Made by a program: the position numbers and the translations under genes. The notes under the pieces are model-generated. The model saw only the letters and a list, made by a program, of their open reading frames with translations, did no database searches and was not told the DNA's origin. 64,000 bases of DNA, taken from Octopus sinensis. Lineage: Eukaryota. The DNA is taken from positions 55,676,001 to 55,740,000 of the forward strand of contig NC_043002.1 in NCBI RefSeq assembly GCF_006345805.1. The letters run 5' to 3'. Of this stretch, positions 11,520 to 25,383 are shown piece after piece; position 1 is the first letter of the stretch, and each line of letters begins with the position of its first letter.

Positions 11520-12769
11520 AGTAGACAAGAGTGTTTTGGCATTATACATTTAGGCAGGTTTAAATGGGTGGTGGTGGGGGACTTTTTTGGGGGAGGCATG
11601 GCGCCAAAACTGTCATTATTAGGGGAGTGGTCAAAGGAATCGGTGGTAAAGTAGATAAAAAGAATAGATAAAAGAATAAAGAATAAATAGAAAAATAGAC
11701 AAATAAAAACAAAAAATAGAGTTTTAGGTAAGTAAGGAGACTTCATTGTACTCTACATATATATATAATATATATATATATTATATATATAAACCCACAT
11801 ATTCAATATACTATATATATATATATACATACAACCCATATATACATACATATATATATACATACATACATATAAAATATTAACATAACATATACATATA
11901 TATATACACATACCCATGTACATACACACAAATACACATATACATACATACATATACATATATGTATACACACTCGCACATATATATACATACACACAAT
12001 ATATTACACATGCATATACCTGCACACACATACACACACATTTTTATTCCCTTTTTAATTTTATTATTACTTTTGTTTATATCTTATTTTTATCTTGATC
12101 GCGGTCAGCCGTTCCAGGGATGATATAAAGAGTCCATTTATCTATCTACTCACTGATACGAACGCAAACACTCACTCACGCCCACACACTCAAACGTGTC
12201 ACTCATACCCATACCCACACGCACGTGTTATATTCATACACACATACATCTACATACATTCACGTATGTGAATATACGTGAATGTATGTAGATGTATGTG
12301 TGTATGAAATAAACACGTGCGTGTGTGTATGGGTATGAGTGTGTGTACGGTGGAGTGTTGTGGGTGTGAGTGAGTGTGCGTTCGTATCAGTGAGTAGATA
12401 GATAAATGGACTCTTTAGATCATCCCTTGAGACCGGCTGACCGCGATCAAGATAAAAATAAGATATAAACAAAAGTAATAATAAATTAAAAAGGGAATAA
12501 AAATGTGTGTGTTGTGTGTGCAGGTATAGCATGTGTATATATATGTGTGTTGTATATATATGTGCGAGGGTGTATACATATATGTATGATATATGTATGT
12601 ATATGTGTATTTGTGTGTATGTACATGGGTATGTGTATATATATGTAATGTATGTATATATATGTATATGTATGTATGTATATATATGTATGTATATTGG
12701 GTATGTATGTATATATATAGGTATTGTGAATATGTGGGTGTATGTATATATATATATATATTATATATA

Positions 12770-12813
<44 letters not shown>

Positions 12814-13057
12814 TGTAGATGTACAAGTGAGAGTCTCCTACTTACCTAAAACTCTATTTTTTTATTTTTATTTTTCTATTTTTCTATTTATTCTTTTATT
12901 CTTTTATCTATTCTTTTATCTACTTTACCACCGATTCCTTTGACCACTCCCCTAAGAATGACAGTTTTGCGCCATGCCTACCCCCAAAAAAGTCCCCCAC
13001 CACCACCCATTTAAACCTGCCTAAATGTATAAATGCCAAAAACAACTCTTGTCTACT

Positions 13058-13112
13058 AGCTTCCTGATGATTTCTTTTGAATGAAAACAGTTCTAGTCCT
13101 GCTGTAGAAGCT
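13058..13112 (+). ncRNA. Mirror copy of the family 2 hammerhead with small insertions
   Basis: AGCTTC CTGATGA TTTCTTTTGAAT GAAA+A CAG TTCTAGTCCTG+CTG TA GAAGCT. The extra A and extra CTG are either real decay or consensus errors. Confidence 0.55.
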
Positions 13113-13125
13113 CTTCTATATAATA

Positions 13126-13157
<32 letters not shown>

Positions 13158-13741
13158 CATACATACACATATACATATATATATCATACACACATATATA
13201 TATATACATACACACACATATATACATATACATATATATACACACATAGAAAGAGAGAAAGAGGGGAGAGAGGGGGATATGGAGAGAGAGACAGAGAGAG
13301 GGAGGGAGAAAGAGCAAGAAAGAGTTGTCAGATTAGTTCATTCGAGTTTTTCGTTTATATATATATGTGTGTGTGTGTATGTGTGTGTGTATGTATGTAT
13401 ATATTAATCCTTTGCAATGTTATTTAAATTCACACAAAAATTATTTTTATCATAGTGTTTATGGAGGGGGGTACCTCCGTTATTCCTCAACAACTTGTGT
13501 TTATTATTTTGGAAAGTTGAATGAATTTTACCTTTTTTCCGGCTTATGATGAAGAAGTGCCAAGTAAAACGTCAAATTTATCCCTACAGGAGTCGAATTC
13601 TAAAGCGTAATGTGTTGTAATCAAAAAAGAGCGCCAAACGTTCTGTCGTTAACAGTTAATATACCGGCCATATTTTGTATTAAAAATAAAACCGTAGTTA
13701 TCTATTGATTTCTTACATTGAGAAAATGTCATAAGTTCAGA

Positions 13742-13810
13742 GGATCGATTCTGAAGTGATTGGATCGATTCTGAAGGGATTGGATCGATTCTGAAGTGAT
13801 TGGATCGATT
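13742..13810. repeat. 20-bp tandem repeat x3.5 (ggatcgattctgaagtgatt)
   Basis: Directly visible; abuts the (CAT)n tail of an RTE 3' end. Confidence 0.9.
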
Positions 13811-14722
13811 CATCATCATCATCACTTAACATCCGTTGTCCATGCTGACATGGGTTGGATGGTTTGACCAGGGTTGGCAAGCTGGAAGGCTGCACCAAAC
13901 TCCGGTCTGATTTGACATGGTTTCTACGGCTGGATGCCCTTCCTAACACCAACCACTCCGAGAGTGTAATGGGTGCCTTTATGTGTCACTGGCACGGGTT
14001 CCATTTGCGTAACATCGGTATCTGCCATGATACAATTTCACTTGGCTTGACGGGTCTTCTCAAGCATGATATAATGCCAAAAGTCTTGGTCATTGCCTCC
14101 GTGAACCCCAACACTTGAAAGGAACTCAGCCACTTTGCCTCCGCGTCTGGTTCTTATTTTATTAAACCTAAGGTGATGAACATCAAAATCTAGTTTTGTA
14201 AGTAAGGTAACTATCAACAGCCAATTCAATTTCACTCTCAGTAAGTGGTCTGAGAATATGGTGTATTTCACAACTATTCTTAATAACAAGCAGCAATGTG
14301 AAGTGAACAACAAACAGTAATGTGAAGTGAACATGAGATTCACTGACTTGCAGTCGAGAATTCGATTCTGCATTTGAGGAAAATATTATTTACGATAGAA
14401 TACTGTCTTATCCAGGAGTACTTTTATGTTTCATTAAAGGGGATGGGCAGTGAAATGGCAGAAACGGGGGAAAGTCCTATTAAATGCCTTGTAGTATTTA
14501 TAGTTCTGAGATGAAAACGTAGTGATATTCACTTTTTCATTCCCTCGAGGCCAATAAAATAAATACCAGTAATTCCAGGTTCAGTCCCACTGCGTGGTAA
14601 CTTGGGCAAGTGTCTTCTACTACAGCCTCGGGACGACCAAAGCCTTGTGAGTGGATTTGGAAGATGGAAACTGAAAGAAGCTCGTCATAATCAGACAGAC
14701 AGACAAACAGACAGACAGACAA

Positions 14723-14827
<105 letters not shown>

Positions 14828-16028
14828 CGAGTGTGTGTGTCTGTGTTTGTTCCACCCCACCACTACTGTTTGACAACCGGTGTTGGTTTGTTTACATCCT
14901 TAGAAGTTAGCGGAATGTAAACAAGAGATAGATAATAAGTACCAGGCTTACAAAAAATAAGTACTGGCGGGGGGGGGGAGTCTTTCAACTAAAATTCTTC
15001 AAGGCGGTACCCCAGCGTGGCCGCAATCTAAAGACTGAACCAAATAAAAAGTAAAAGATAGCAATAGCAACCACAAATACAAGAACAACAACATTGATGG
15101 TGAGAAAAGGTAAAGAAGAGAAGCAAGCGATGAACAGGTAAGATTTTATTTCATAAGAAGGAAGACACAGAAGAGTGCAATGGACCAGTGTGCACAACTC
15201 ATAATTCTTTAATCAAATTCTTTAGTCAAGTTTTTTAGTCTTGTAAATTGGGACAATATTCCATTCTGGCAACGTTTTATTCACACCATCATTGCAGTCA
15301 GTGGACGAGAGAGAGGGAGAGGGAGAGAGAGACAGACAGAGACAGAGACAGAGACAGACAGACAGACAGAGACAGAGACAGACAGACAAACATTCAGAGA
15401 AGGGGGTGGAGAGAGTGTGGGGGTAGAGTGGTATTAAAAGATAATCAGTCTGTAAGTAATACCTCTGAACATAAATGTGGAAGTCAGAACATCAGCCAAT
15501 AAGATTGCTTACTTTAAAGTATACACCCTTACGTAAGTGTCTGCGCGTGTGTGTGTGCGTGCGTGTGCGTGTGTGTGTATGTGTGTGTGTGTGTGCGTGT
15601 GCGTGTGTGTGTAGGAATTTATATGAACAAAACTAAAATACCTGAAACAAGCTTAGAGTAAAACATACATACATATATAAATATTAATCAAGATACCTTT
15701 GGCCGGGAGAGTAGCCTGTGGTTTACACCTCGCCTGGATATTTACCACTTCTGCAGTTCCGCTCGTTATGAAACATACGTAGCCTGGATCTTACCTATTC
15801 CATTCCGTAACTCTTGTATTCTTTTTGCACAGCCAACCGGCAACCCTGATCGCCTACCGTGAAATATAAAAAGAACTTTTTTTCCGTTTATTGTTCTTCG
15901 ATACAAAAAAATTCCACAACCTTCCATCTCAATAAACCACTATTGTCCCTGAAAGTTGTTTTTTTTTATATTTACTACGGATTGCTTGAAGCTAACTTTC
16001 TTCCTACACCTCGATCCCTGGATCTTAC

Positions 16029-16070
<42 letters not shown>

Positions 16071-16227
16071 ATATATTATATATATATATATACACACACA
16101 CATACCAACATATGATACACTCAGTTTTCTCTATATAGAACATCCCTGGTCTTATATTACTTAGTTCCAATGATAACCATGCCTTAAATTTATTTTACCA
16201 ATCTCTCCTCCTCTCTCTCTCTCCCTC

Positions 16228-16328
<101 letters not shown>

Positions 16329-16844
16329 CTGAGATGTACTTTCTGTAGAATCGTCTGAACTGAGACCAAACTGTTTGTTGTTAGAGACTAAAGCCATTGC
16401 TTCTAAAACACGCCAAAGCTGTTAACTTCCCTAGAGCATTTTTTAGTTGGCGCCAAAATTTTCGTTATACCAACGCGACTTCGTCCCAGACACATACCAG
16501 CGTAAATAAATTCATAATATTTATACATGCTTTGTGGGTGCATGTGCAAACTTAAATACGTAAAATAGCCTTGATGTGTAGAGACGTGACACAATAGACA
16601 TAGTCGTCTGCTTTTTGTCTGCAATATATATATATATATAGTGACAGCGAATCAATAATCTGTCAAATCGATATCTGTTAACATCGACTGACTGACTGGA
16701 CTTAACAGAAATCACCAATCAGAAATCACACAATCCAGACATGAACACAAAACATGGAAGCTTGGTTGTCTTTGAGAATCGCTCCAGTAAAATTCCTATG
16801 CAAGTATTCTTCAATATTTTCTTTTTATAACTCGTTCCGTTAGC

Positions 16845-16861
16845 TAGTATGTATGTATATG

Positions 16862-16893
<32 letters not shown>

Positions 16894-16945
16894 TGTATGT
16901 ATGTATGTATGTATGTATGTATGTATATGTATGTATGTAAGTATG

Positions 16946-16992
<47 letters not shown>

Positions 16993-17268
16993 GTATATAT
17001 ATATATGAATACATATATATATATATATATACATACATACATATATATACATATATGTATATATATGTATGTATACATGCATTTATTTATGTATGCATGT
17101 GCATGTATATATGTTTTATACCTACATATATATGTGTATATATATGTGTGTGTGTGCATGTGTATATGTATGCATGTATATACATTATGTTTACATATAA
17201 ATGTATATTTGTATAAATGTAAACATACATGTGTATATATATATATATATTATATATATATATATATT

Positions 17269-17306
<38 letters not shown>

Positions 17307-17422
17307 GTATACATGTGTGTGCACATATATGCAATGCATACACATAAACGTATATATGCACAATTATATAAATCTGTATATATACATGTATAGATTCTCA
17401 GAAGTATGTTTAACATATATAG

Positions 17423-17480
<58 letters not shown>
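16845..17480. repeat. Compound (TATG)n/(TA)n/(CA)n microsatellite
   Basis: Directly visible; source of several spurious ORFs in the track. Confidence 0.95.
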
Positions 17481-18325
17481 TCACACAGAGACACACACAT
17501 ACGAACATTGATGCTTCACTACTTCAAAATCTAAATATATCTGGAATTTAAAGAATATTAATTTTGGCTTTAAATTTTGACAAGGGGTCCAAAATTGCTT
17601 ACATCAACCCCAGTGTTCAACTGGTACTTATTTTTCGTCCCAGAAAGGATGAAAGGCCAAGTCGACCCAGGCGGAATTTGAACTCAGAACATAAAGACGT
17701 ATGAAATGTCCCTAAGCATTTTGTATCAGCGTGCTAACCATTCTGCCAGCTCGCCACTGATTGGTTTATTATAAAACACGTGTCCCCTGCATTCACGGTT
17801 CCAGAAGATAGGATGTCTATCTCCCAGAGAAACGCAGCATTCTGTTACAGATTTTTATAATGTTTTGCAAAAGATTGGAATTGGTCTATTCTTGCAGACA
17901 TTCCACAGCTATTTATTGAGAAATTTTCAATCACTAATCGGATAATATATTTTATTTCTTACGTAATGGACATACCACACGAATGAAAAATAATCATATA
18001 TCTTTTATCTTTTACTTGTTCCAGTCATTGGACTGCAGCCATACTGGGGAACCGCCTTGAAAAATATTTTAATCTGGTACTTATTCTATCTGTCTCTTTT
18101 GTCGAATCACTACGTTGCAGGGATGAAAACATGCTAGCACTTGTTGTCAAGTTTTGGGGCTAACAACACACACAAACACACATATACGACGAGCTTCTTT
18201 CAGTTTGCGTCTACCATATCAAGACTATAGTAGAAGTGACACTTTCCAAAGTGCCACGCAGTGGGACTGAACCAGAGCCAGGTGGTTGGGAAGCAAATTT
18301 CTTACAGAACAGCCACGTCAGCGCC

Positions 18326-18378
<53 letters not shown>

Positions 18379-19232
18379 TGTGTGTGTGTGTGTGTGTGGT
18401 GTGTGTGTGTGTTTTATTATTTTTTTAAATAAACATTAATTTATTCATCAACATTTTAACTTCAGTAACTGCTGCCTCGCCAAAGTACGAATCTTCTACA
18501 TTGTATATTAAATCCATGAAAACATCACGTGATTTTGCACGTGAATGGCTTGAAATAAGTCTTCCGTGCATGATGGGGAACAGATCAATGTGCTTTTAGA
18601 CTATCAGTCAAACCTTCAGACTAATCATAGTCTGATTCACATGATTGTGAATATATTTTTTTACCACACCCATTTCTTTATTTCAATCACTTAATGAAAT
18701 GGCTCGGTAAAATTCATGAACCTTTTGCTTCAAGTAAAATCTACGCTCTGTTATGTCGAGCATTTGTCCTCATTCGTAAACATAAACCTCCACAGTTCGT
18801 GCATATATTATATACGTATATACATTTATGCGGAGGCAGGTTGCTTAGTGGTTAGGGTGTTGCACTCATGATCGTAAGATTGTGGTTTCCGTTCCCGGAC
18901 CAGGCGATGCAAAACACTTCATTTTAAGTTGCTCCACTTCACTCAGCTGGCAAAAATGAGTTAATCCTGCAATGAACTGGCGTCCCATCCGGAAGAGTTA
19001 TATATATGCCATGGAAACTAGAAAACCGGCCCTTATGAGGCCGCATGACTCGAGGAGGAAGGAAGGAAGGAATATCCATACAAACATAATATTTATGTAT
19101 ATTATACTGAACGAGATAGTATTTAGATATTACACGCCAGTCAATACGACAGATATATATATATTTATATATATATATGTAGGTATATATATTTATATAT
19201 ATGTGTATGTATATATATATTATATATATATA

Positions 19233-19280
<48 letters not shown>

Positions 19281-19501
19281 CGTTAAACCCTCCTTCTTTC
19301 CTTCTTTCCTGAGCGTCCAATAATACTATATTTGTTCCACGTCCTCGCGATGTTGTTTTTTTTTTTGCTTTCTTGTTTGGATTAACTATATATATGTGTG
19401 TGCGTGTGTGTGTGTGTGTGTGTGCATATATATATATGTGTGTGTGTATATATATATCTATATATATATATAATATATATATATAATATATATATTATAT
19501 A

Positions 19502-19534
<33 letters not shown>

Positions 19535-19668
19535 ACGGAGTTGAAATTTTGCAGAAAACAAAGACGAAGACAGGTGTATAAACAACAGACAGGTGTCTTA
19601 GTTTAATACTCAGGAAGGTGAAATAGTCTTTTACGTTTCGAGCCTACACTCTTCATATATATGTATGC

Positions 19669-19722
<54 letters not shown>

Positions 19723-20989
19723 TGAGACCACATTTTCCTAGCACCATATATATGTGTGTGTGTGGTGTGTGTGTATTAATCGAAGTGTACAGTTATATAT
19801 CCATTGCAGCCGATCTTACCAATCGGTTTCACACTAGGGGTTCAACGGTGTGTTAAGTAACAGTCCGATTATGTAACCTACACTCATCAGAGGTAGCCGT
19901 TATGAAATGACATAAGGTGATCGTGAGCCGAATACCCGAACCATTAAGTCAAACGATTTCACCAAAGGCATGTCACAGCGAATAGCGACAAAAGAATGAT
20001 TAATCAGTCGTTTAATTAATTGGTTAAATAGCTAATTGACAAATATATAATTATTTTTACTATTGGCACAAAGCCTCAATTTTTTTTCTTTTTTTTGTGG
20101 AGAGCCTAATCGATTACATAAATCCCAGCGCTCAGCTTACACCCTGAAAGGATGAAAGACAACCGCGACTTCGGTTGCATTTGAACTCAAAACATAAAGC
20201 TGGAAGAAATATCGCTAATCATTTAGTCCAGTATTCTAACAATTCTGCTAGTTCACCACCCTACTTACAAATGAATACTAAAGAAGTGAAACATAACCAA
20301 TATATGTGTTTATTATTGCATAATGATCCCCATTATTTTTCGACTGAACGTCAAGAAATACAAGTAAAATTTGGTTTCAAATTTTGGTACAAGGCCAGAA
20401 ATTTTTGGGGCGGAGGTATGTCGTTTACATCGACCCCAGTTTTCAACTGGTACTTATTTTAATTGATCTTGAAAGGATGAAAGGCAAAGTCGACCTCGGT
20501 GGAATTTGCACTCAGAACGTAAAGACATTTTACCCGGCATGCTAACGATTCTGCCAGCTCACCGCCTTAATAAAAGTAAATATTAAAAGACATTTTGTTG
20601 CGTCTGGGGAGAATCATTCTGTTTTAATGCCTTATTAATTAACGCACTCACCGGCTCAATTTCCCCTAATTTACTTTTTTTTTTTTTTTTCTAAAATTTC
20701 TGTTACTTCTTCCAACCTCTTCAATTGTTGTTGACTGTCCGTTATTGAAGCTGCATATTTTAGAAATAAAAATTAAATAAGTAAATGAGTGGAAATTGAA
20801 TCGGTATTAATTAATAAGACATTAAAACAGAAAGACTCTTCCCAGACACAACGAAATATACTTCAACACACGAATTCACATAAAGAATCTTGCAAACCAA
20901 ATACAAAAATTAAATTTTTAAATGATTTTTAGTCCGATTTATCATATAGCGTCCGAAAACTCATTCTATGTCTGAATATATTTACATAG

Positions 20990-21054
<65 letters not shown>

Positions 21055-21059
21055 CTTTT

Positions 21060-21480
21060 ATTTTTAATTATCTGAAATCTTCCTGTAAGGAAAGAATCTG
21101 GTTTCTAACAAAGACACAAAGCTCTGCTGTTGGAATGTTGATAACAATAACAATGTCACATTTTAAACTTGACAAATGTCTTGCATATTCTTACTGTTCC
21201 GCTTACAGAATATATTTGTAATGTGCAGATTAACTGGTTGATTTCTTTTTCTGAAAACCCTCGTTAATCCAGATTGTCATTTAGGCATTTACTCACAAAA
21301 CCAAGTACGCCAGTCATAATTAGTATAACTGCAAATTTATAATCGGGTTACAGAAACCGCAAATTGTCTATAGTTATCCACTTTCTCTTTGACTTCTGAA
21401 GAAATATTCACATCAACGGGGCAGCTGATCTCTATGACGATACATACATTTTCTTATCTGTCCCAAGCAACAATATCCAG
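21060..21480 (-). mobile_element. RLE-domain non-LTR retrotransposon 3' fragment
   Basis: Minus strand approximates R.DIVAWDR.ENVCIVIEISCPVDVNISSEVKEKVDNY...GVLGFVSKCLNDNL..GFSEKEINQL..LQIYSVSGTVRICKTFVKF, i.e. a PD..IE.S.P.D..K.EK..Y RLE signature. Confidence 0.75.
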
Positions 21481-21489
21481 CCTATTATG

Positions 21490-21700
21490 CATGCACTAAT
21501 TAAAAGAGTGCAGATACAAGCCATCACTAGAACTGTCAAAATATGTAAAACTCTCCAAATGTTTAGCTTTTAAGCACATTTGTACATGTCTGACATACAA
21601 ATCTGCATGTGCACTAATGCCAAATACTTGTACATATACACAACAGTCCTACTGATGTTGTTGAAATTGCAATGTGAAAGCCATGGCTCTAGGTTAGATA
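21490..21700 (+). mobile_element. Second RLE-element subfamily, ORF end plus 3'UTR; an inverted copy lies at ~22835-22995
   Basis: Translates IKRVQIQAITRTVKICKTLQMFSF*. The reverse-complement match at 22835-22995 is visible. Confidence 0.65.
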
Positions 21701-21734
21701 TTATTATTATTACTATTATTATTATTATTATTAT

Positions 21735-22289
21735 TGAGTGAGAGAGCAGTGCATGCCATCAAAGTGACACTGGGGTAAAATATACGAAGCCCAATATACC
21801 CATCATGACTACCCGTCTGATAAAGGTACACCAGGCACATGCATCACAACCATATGTGCGCGATATGGTGATCTCATATCAAGATAAACAGCACATGACC
21901 TTGCAGGTGGGGCCCAGTTAGAATTTTCTTCAGATCGAGTAACCCATCCCGCTCAAACGGTCCCTGAATAAGGGTTGTTTAAGGATGTTGAAAGAACCAC
22001 CCATGTTTCCAGAGGTGAACTATTCAAACCCCAAAGAATCCTTCTCAACACATGGCTATGATGCTCCCCCACTACTTCCGCTCGTGATCAGAGATGCACA
22101 TATCGTCAGCCACTAAGGGACATGCTCAACTGGTTACGGTCAAACAACTGACAAGCAAATCTGTGGTATTGAGCAGAATATTTGCTGTAGCCCATCTTTT
22201 ATACGAAGACAAAACAATGTACATGATAACACTTCCAATCAGTTAAGATCAGAAGCCATGACAGCCACTGTCTGGGACTGCATCAGGGC

Positions 22290-22292
<3 letters not shown>
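21735..22292. repeat. ~560-bp unclassified element flanked on both sides by (ATT)n
   Basis: GC-richer block between (ATT)n at ~21700-21735 and ~22292-22375; no ORF. Confidence 0.55.
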
Positions 22293-22378
<86 letters not shown>

Positions 22379-22390
22379 TTTATATATATA

Positions 22391-22759
22391 CTAGCAGTAT
22401 CGCCCGGCGTTGCTCAGGTTTGTAAGGAAAATAACTATAAAGCATTTTTAGAGAGTTATAGCCAAAAAATGGGAAAAAATGATGGTAATTTTTTTTTTAG
22501 AGTTAAAAAAGGTGGAGTTGCGTCCCCTAGACAGTTTGTGGTTTGTGTTTCTGATTCTCGACCCCATGTCGAATTTATCGATTTTTTTCAGAACTGGGGG
22601 AACTTTACAAAATTATCGCTGCGTTAGTTTTGAATTATGACATTGGGCTATGTGTGTGTCAAGTTTCATCAGAATCGGTTGAAAGCCGTGGTCAGAGTGA
22701 GGGTACAAGCAAACAGACACACAGAAACACGCACAGACAAACTGCCGTTTATATAGAGA
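22391..22759 (-). mobile_element. Non-autonomous Helitron
   Basis: Minus strand starts A|TC and ends with the hairpin cc(t)gagcaacgccggg followed by cgatactgCTAG|T. Confidence 0.75.
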
Positions 22760-23499
22760 TATATATATATATATATATAATATTATGTTATATTATATTA
22801 TTATTATCTTATATATTATTTAGTTTATATTTTTAGATTTCTGTGAAAGAGTCAGTTTCTAACCTAGACCCAAGACTCCCTTAATTATATGTCCTTAGAC
22901 ATGTGCAAATGTGCTTAAATGCTAAACATTTGGAAAGTTTTACTTATTTTGACAGTTCTATTGATGGCTTGTATCTGTACTCTTTTAATTAGTTTCTCGT
23001 TTCTGGTTTTGAGAACTCTAACTTCTCACGATTAGTACAAAGGCAGTTTGTTACATATCGTATATATGTGTGCATGTATGTATGTATGTATGTATGTATG
23101 TATGTATGTATGTATGTATGTATGTATGTATGTATGTATGTATGTCAAAGGACAGATGAACTCAGTGGAGTCAACGGCCACCCAAAAGCTGGGAGTGAGA
23201 GACTCTTAGTCTTTGTTTAGACCATTTTTCTTCGAGAAGGAGATTCCGAAATAATTCCTGCCTCATTGCAAAGCCGGAGATCTTGCTTTTACTTGGGTGA
23301 GAGTCTTATCGGTGTTGTGCAAGCTGTTGTTGACTTCAAATTTCAGCACGGGCATTACTGACAGCCATTCTCTTTAACATTTGCGATAAGTTTAATTCCT
23401 GAGTGATGGTCATACTCGCCTACGAGTCAGTAGTCAACATGTATGCATGCATGAATGTATGCATGTATCAATGTATGTTACCATCTGTTTTTAATTATT

Positions 23500-23790
23500 T
23501 AAATTCTTCCCCTTAGGGAGGAGCTGGTTTCTAACAAAGATAGAAAGCTCCATCGTTGAATTGTAGATAACAAAAACAATGTCCTATTTTAAACTTGAGA
23601 AAAGTCTCGCATATTTTTATTGTTCCACTTACACATTGTATTTGTAATGTGAGAGTTAATCGGTTGATTTCTTTCTCTGAAAACATTAGCTTATCCATAT
23701 TGTCACTTAGGCATTTACTCACAAAGCCAAGTACACAGATTATTATTGGTATAAATATGTGAAATTTATAATCTGGATATAGAAGCTGGA
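23500..23790 (-). mobile_element. RLE-domain non-LTR element 3' fragment
   Basis: Track ORF MSKCLSDNMDKLMFSEKEINRLTLTLQIQCVSGTIKICETFLKFK is homologous to 21060-21480 and 6785-7190. Confidence 0.7.
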
Positions 23791-25383
23791 GGTTTCGTCT
23801 GTAAAAGAGAGAACTCTTACGAAAGCTTTTAGATCCTCAAATGTTTGGATAGTTTATATTTGATTTAAGCCTTTGTTTATTGCCCCTTCTGTATGCTGCC
23901 GCGAACCCGTGTCAATGTTTTTCACTGCACCAATTAAAACCATTGAAAACCATTGTATTGTTCCAAACGTTCACTCCCGTCTGGTGGTCGGCTCTGTCAG
24001 ACTCAGAGCGACAGACTGAGGTTTTTCAGCTTTTCAATCGAACACCATATTTTGTTCTACCTTTCGTATTCGAGTATTATTTTTCTCCACCTTGTTTTTT
24101 CACCTATATGCTCACATGTGTGCGCGTATCTGAGTGTGTGTGTATGTGTATATCTGTGTGTGTGTGTGTGTGTGCGTGCGTGCGTGTGTACGTGCGTGTG
24201 TGTGCGTGCGTGCGTGCGTGCGTGCGTGCGTACTTGTGTGTGTGAGAGCGTGTGTGTGTGTTTTATGGACGTTGGCATGTAACTTTCGGGATCGAAAATC
24301 GTTCTCTACACCTGTTCTTCAAAGCAACTGTCTTATTATTCCATCCATTTGATTCTCTTTCTGGGAGTATCAGCTCTCCGGGTTTAACCATTAAATAATA
24401 TGAACAGATGCTAATGGCATCAAACGGAGGAAATATCACAGAGCTTTTTCGCGATGCCGCATTTACTGAGGAACATAAATTATAACTGTGTTTTTTTTTA
24501 CTTATTTATAAATGAATAAATGTTGAAAATTTTTTAATGTTTCTTGTTGCCCTAATTCTAATTAAAGAATATGGCTCATGTTGTTGTTTAGATTTAAATG
24601 AATAAAATAAAGACAAGCTATAGTTGTGATGTCTGGCCAGGGGGTGAACATGACTATTTTGAATCCTAGGGCTCAAAAGACTGGTTACTCAGTTTCTATG
24701 GCTTATAAGTGACTGAGATCACATTTTTCCCTGGATGAAACGTCAGTCACTGACACGGTTACTCGCCTACGGCTGAATGAACTGGAACGACGTGAGATGA
24801 AGTGTTTTGCTCAAGAACACAGTCTGGGAATCGAATTCATGATCTTGTAATCGTGACTGCAACACCCTAACCACTTAGCCATGTGCCTTCACAGCCTGAG
24901 AATGGCTTGGGGAAAAATATACATTCACGTTCAACACATACTGTGTTTTAATACCTTGTCAGATAATAGAAGGATAAAGGGAAACCATATTAGGTTGAAC
25001 TTCAGGCACCAGTTAGCCTTCTGGCACTGGTAACTATTCTCTTGTTGGTTCAATCATAAATAAATTAATGGTTTCTCATAGAATCAGGACCTCAAATTAG
25101 TAAAACGTTGGTATAGGTGAATCTAAAATGGTAATTTATTCCGTTTAACAAATAAAAAAATGTCTCATAAATTTCTGGTCTGTAAGCCATTTGGTATATT
25201 TTATCATCTACAAAATAAGAATGGAATATATCTAAGACTATGGGGGAAAGAATTTCAATATCTTTAAGGTATTTATTCCATGATTCTAATGTTCTGTTAC
25301 CACCCATTATATATTATAAATAATATAACAACGATGTATTTTTATTGTTTAATGGTTCCGTTTTCTTTTTCTTCCCGTTTTAG

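Larger units (their letters stand above)
11452..13126. repeat. ~1.67-kb imperfect palindrome (arms ~816 and ~853 bp, 6-nt spacer GTGAAT at 12268-12273) of a hammerhead-bearing PLE-like element
   Basis: cacatacatctacatacattcacgtat|gtgaat|atacgtgaatgtatgtagatgtatgtg at the centre. The arms match along their length with scattered indels. Confidence 0.9.

Noticed and set aside
15690-15950. Apparent splice signals on both strands in CpG-rich DNA
   Set aside because: All frames close quickly and there are no partner exons; probably a decayed LINE fragment.
19815-19895. Minus-strand CTGATGA...GAAA CCGATTGG TA hammerhead-like match
   Set aside because: Stem III and the triplet fit, but stem I has only 2 bp and stem II would start with four G.U pairs; probably chance or heavily decayed.
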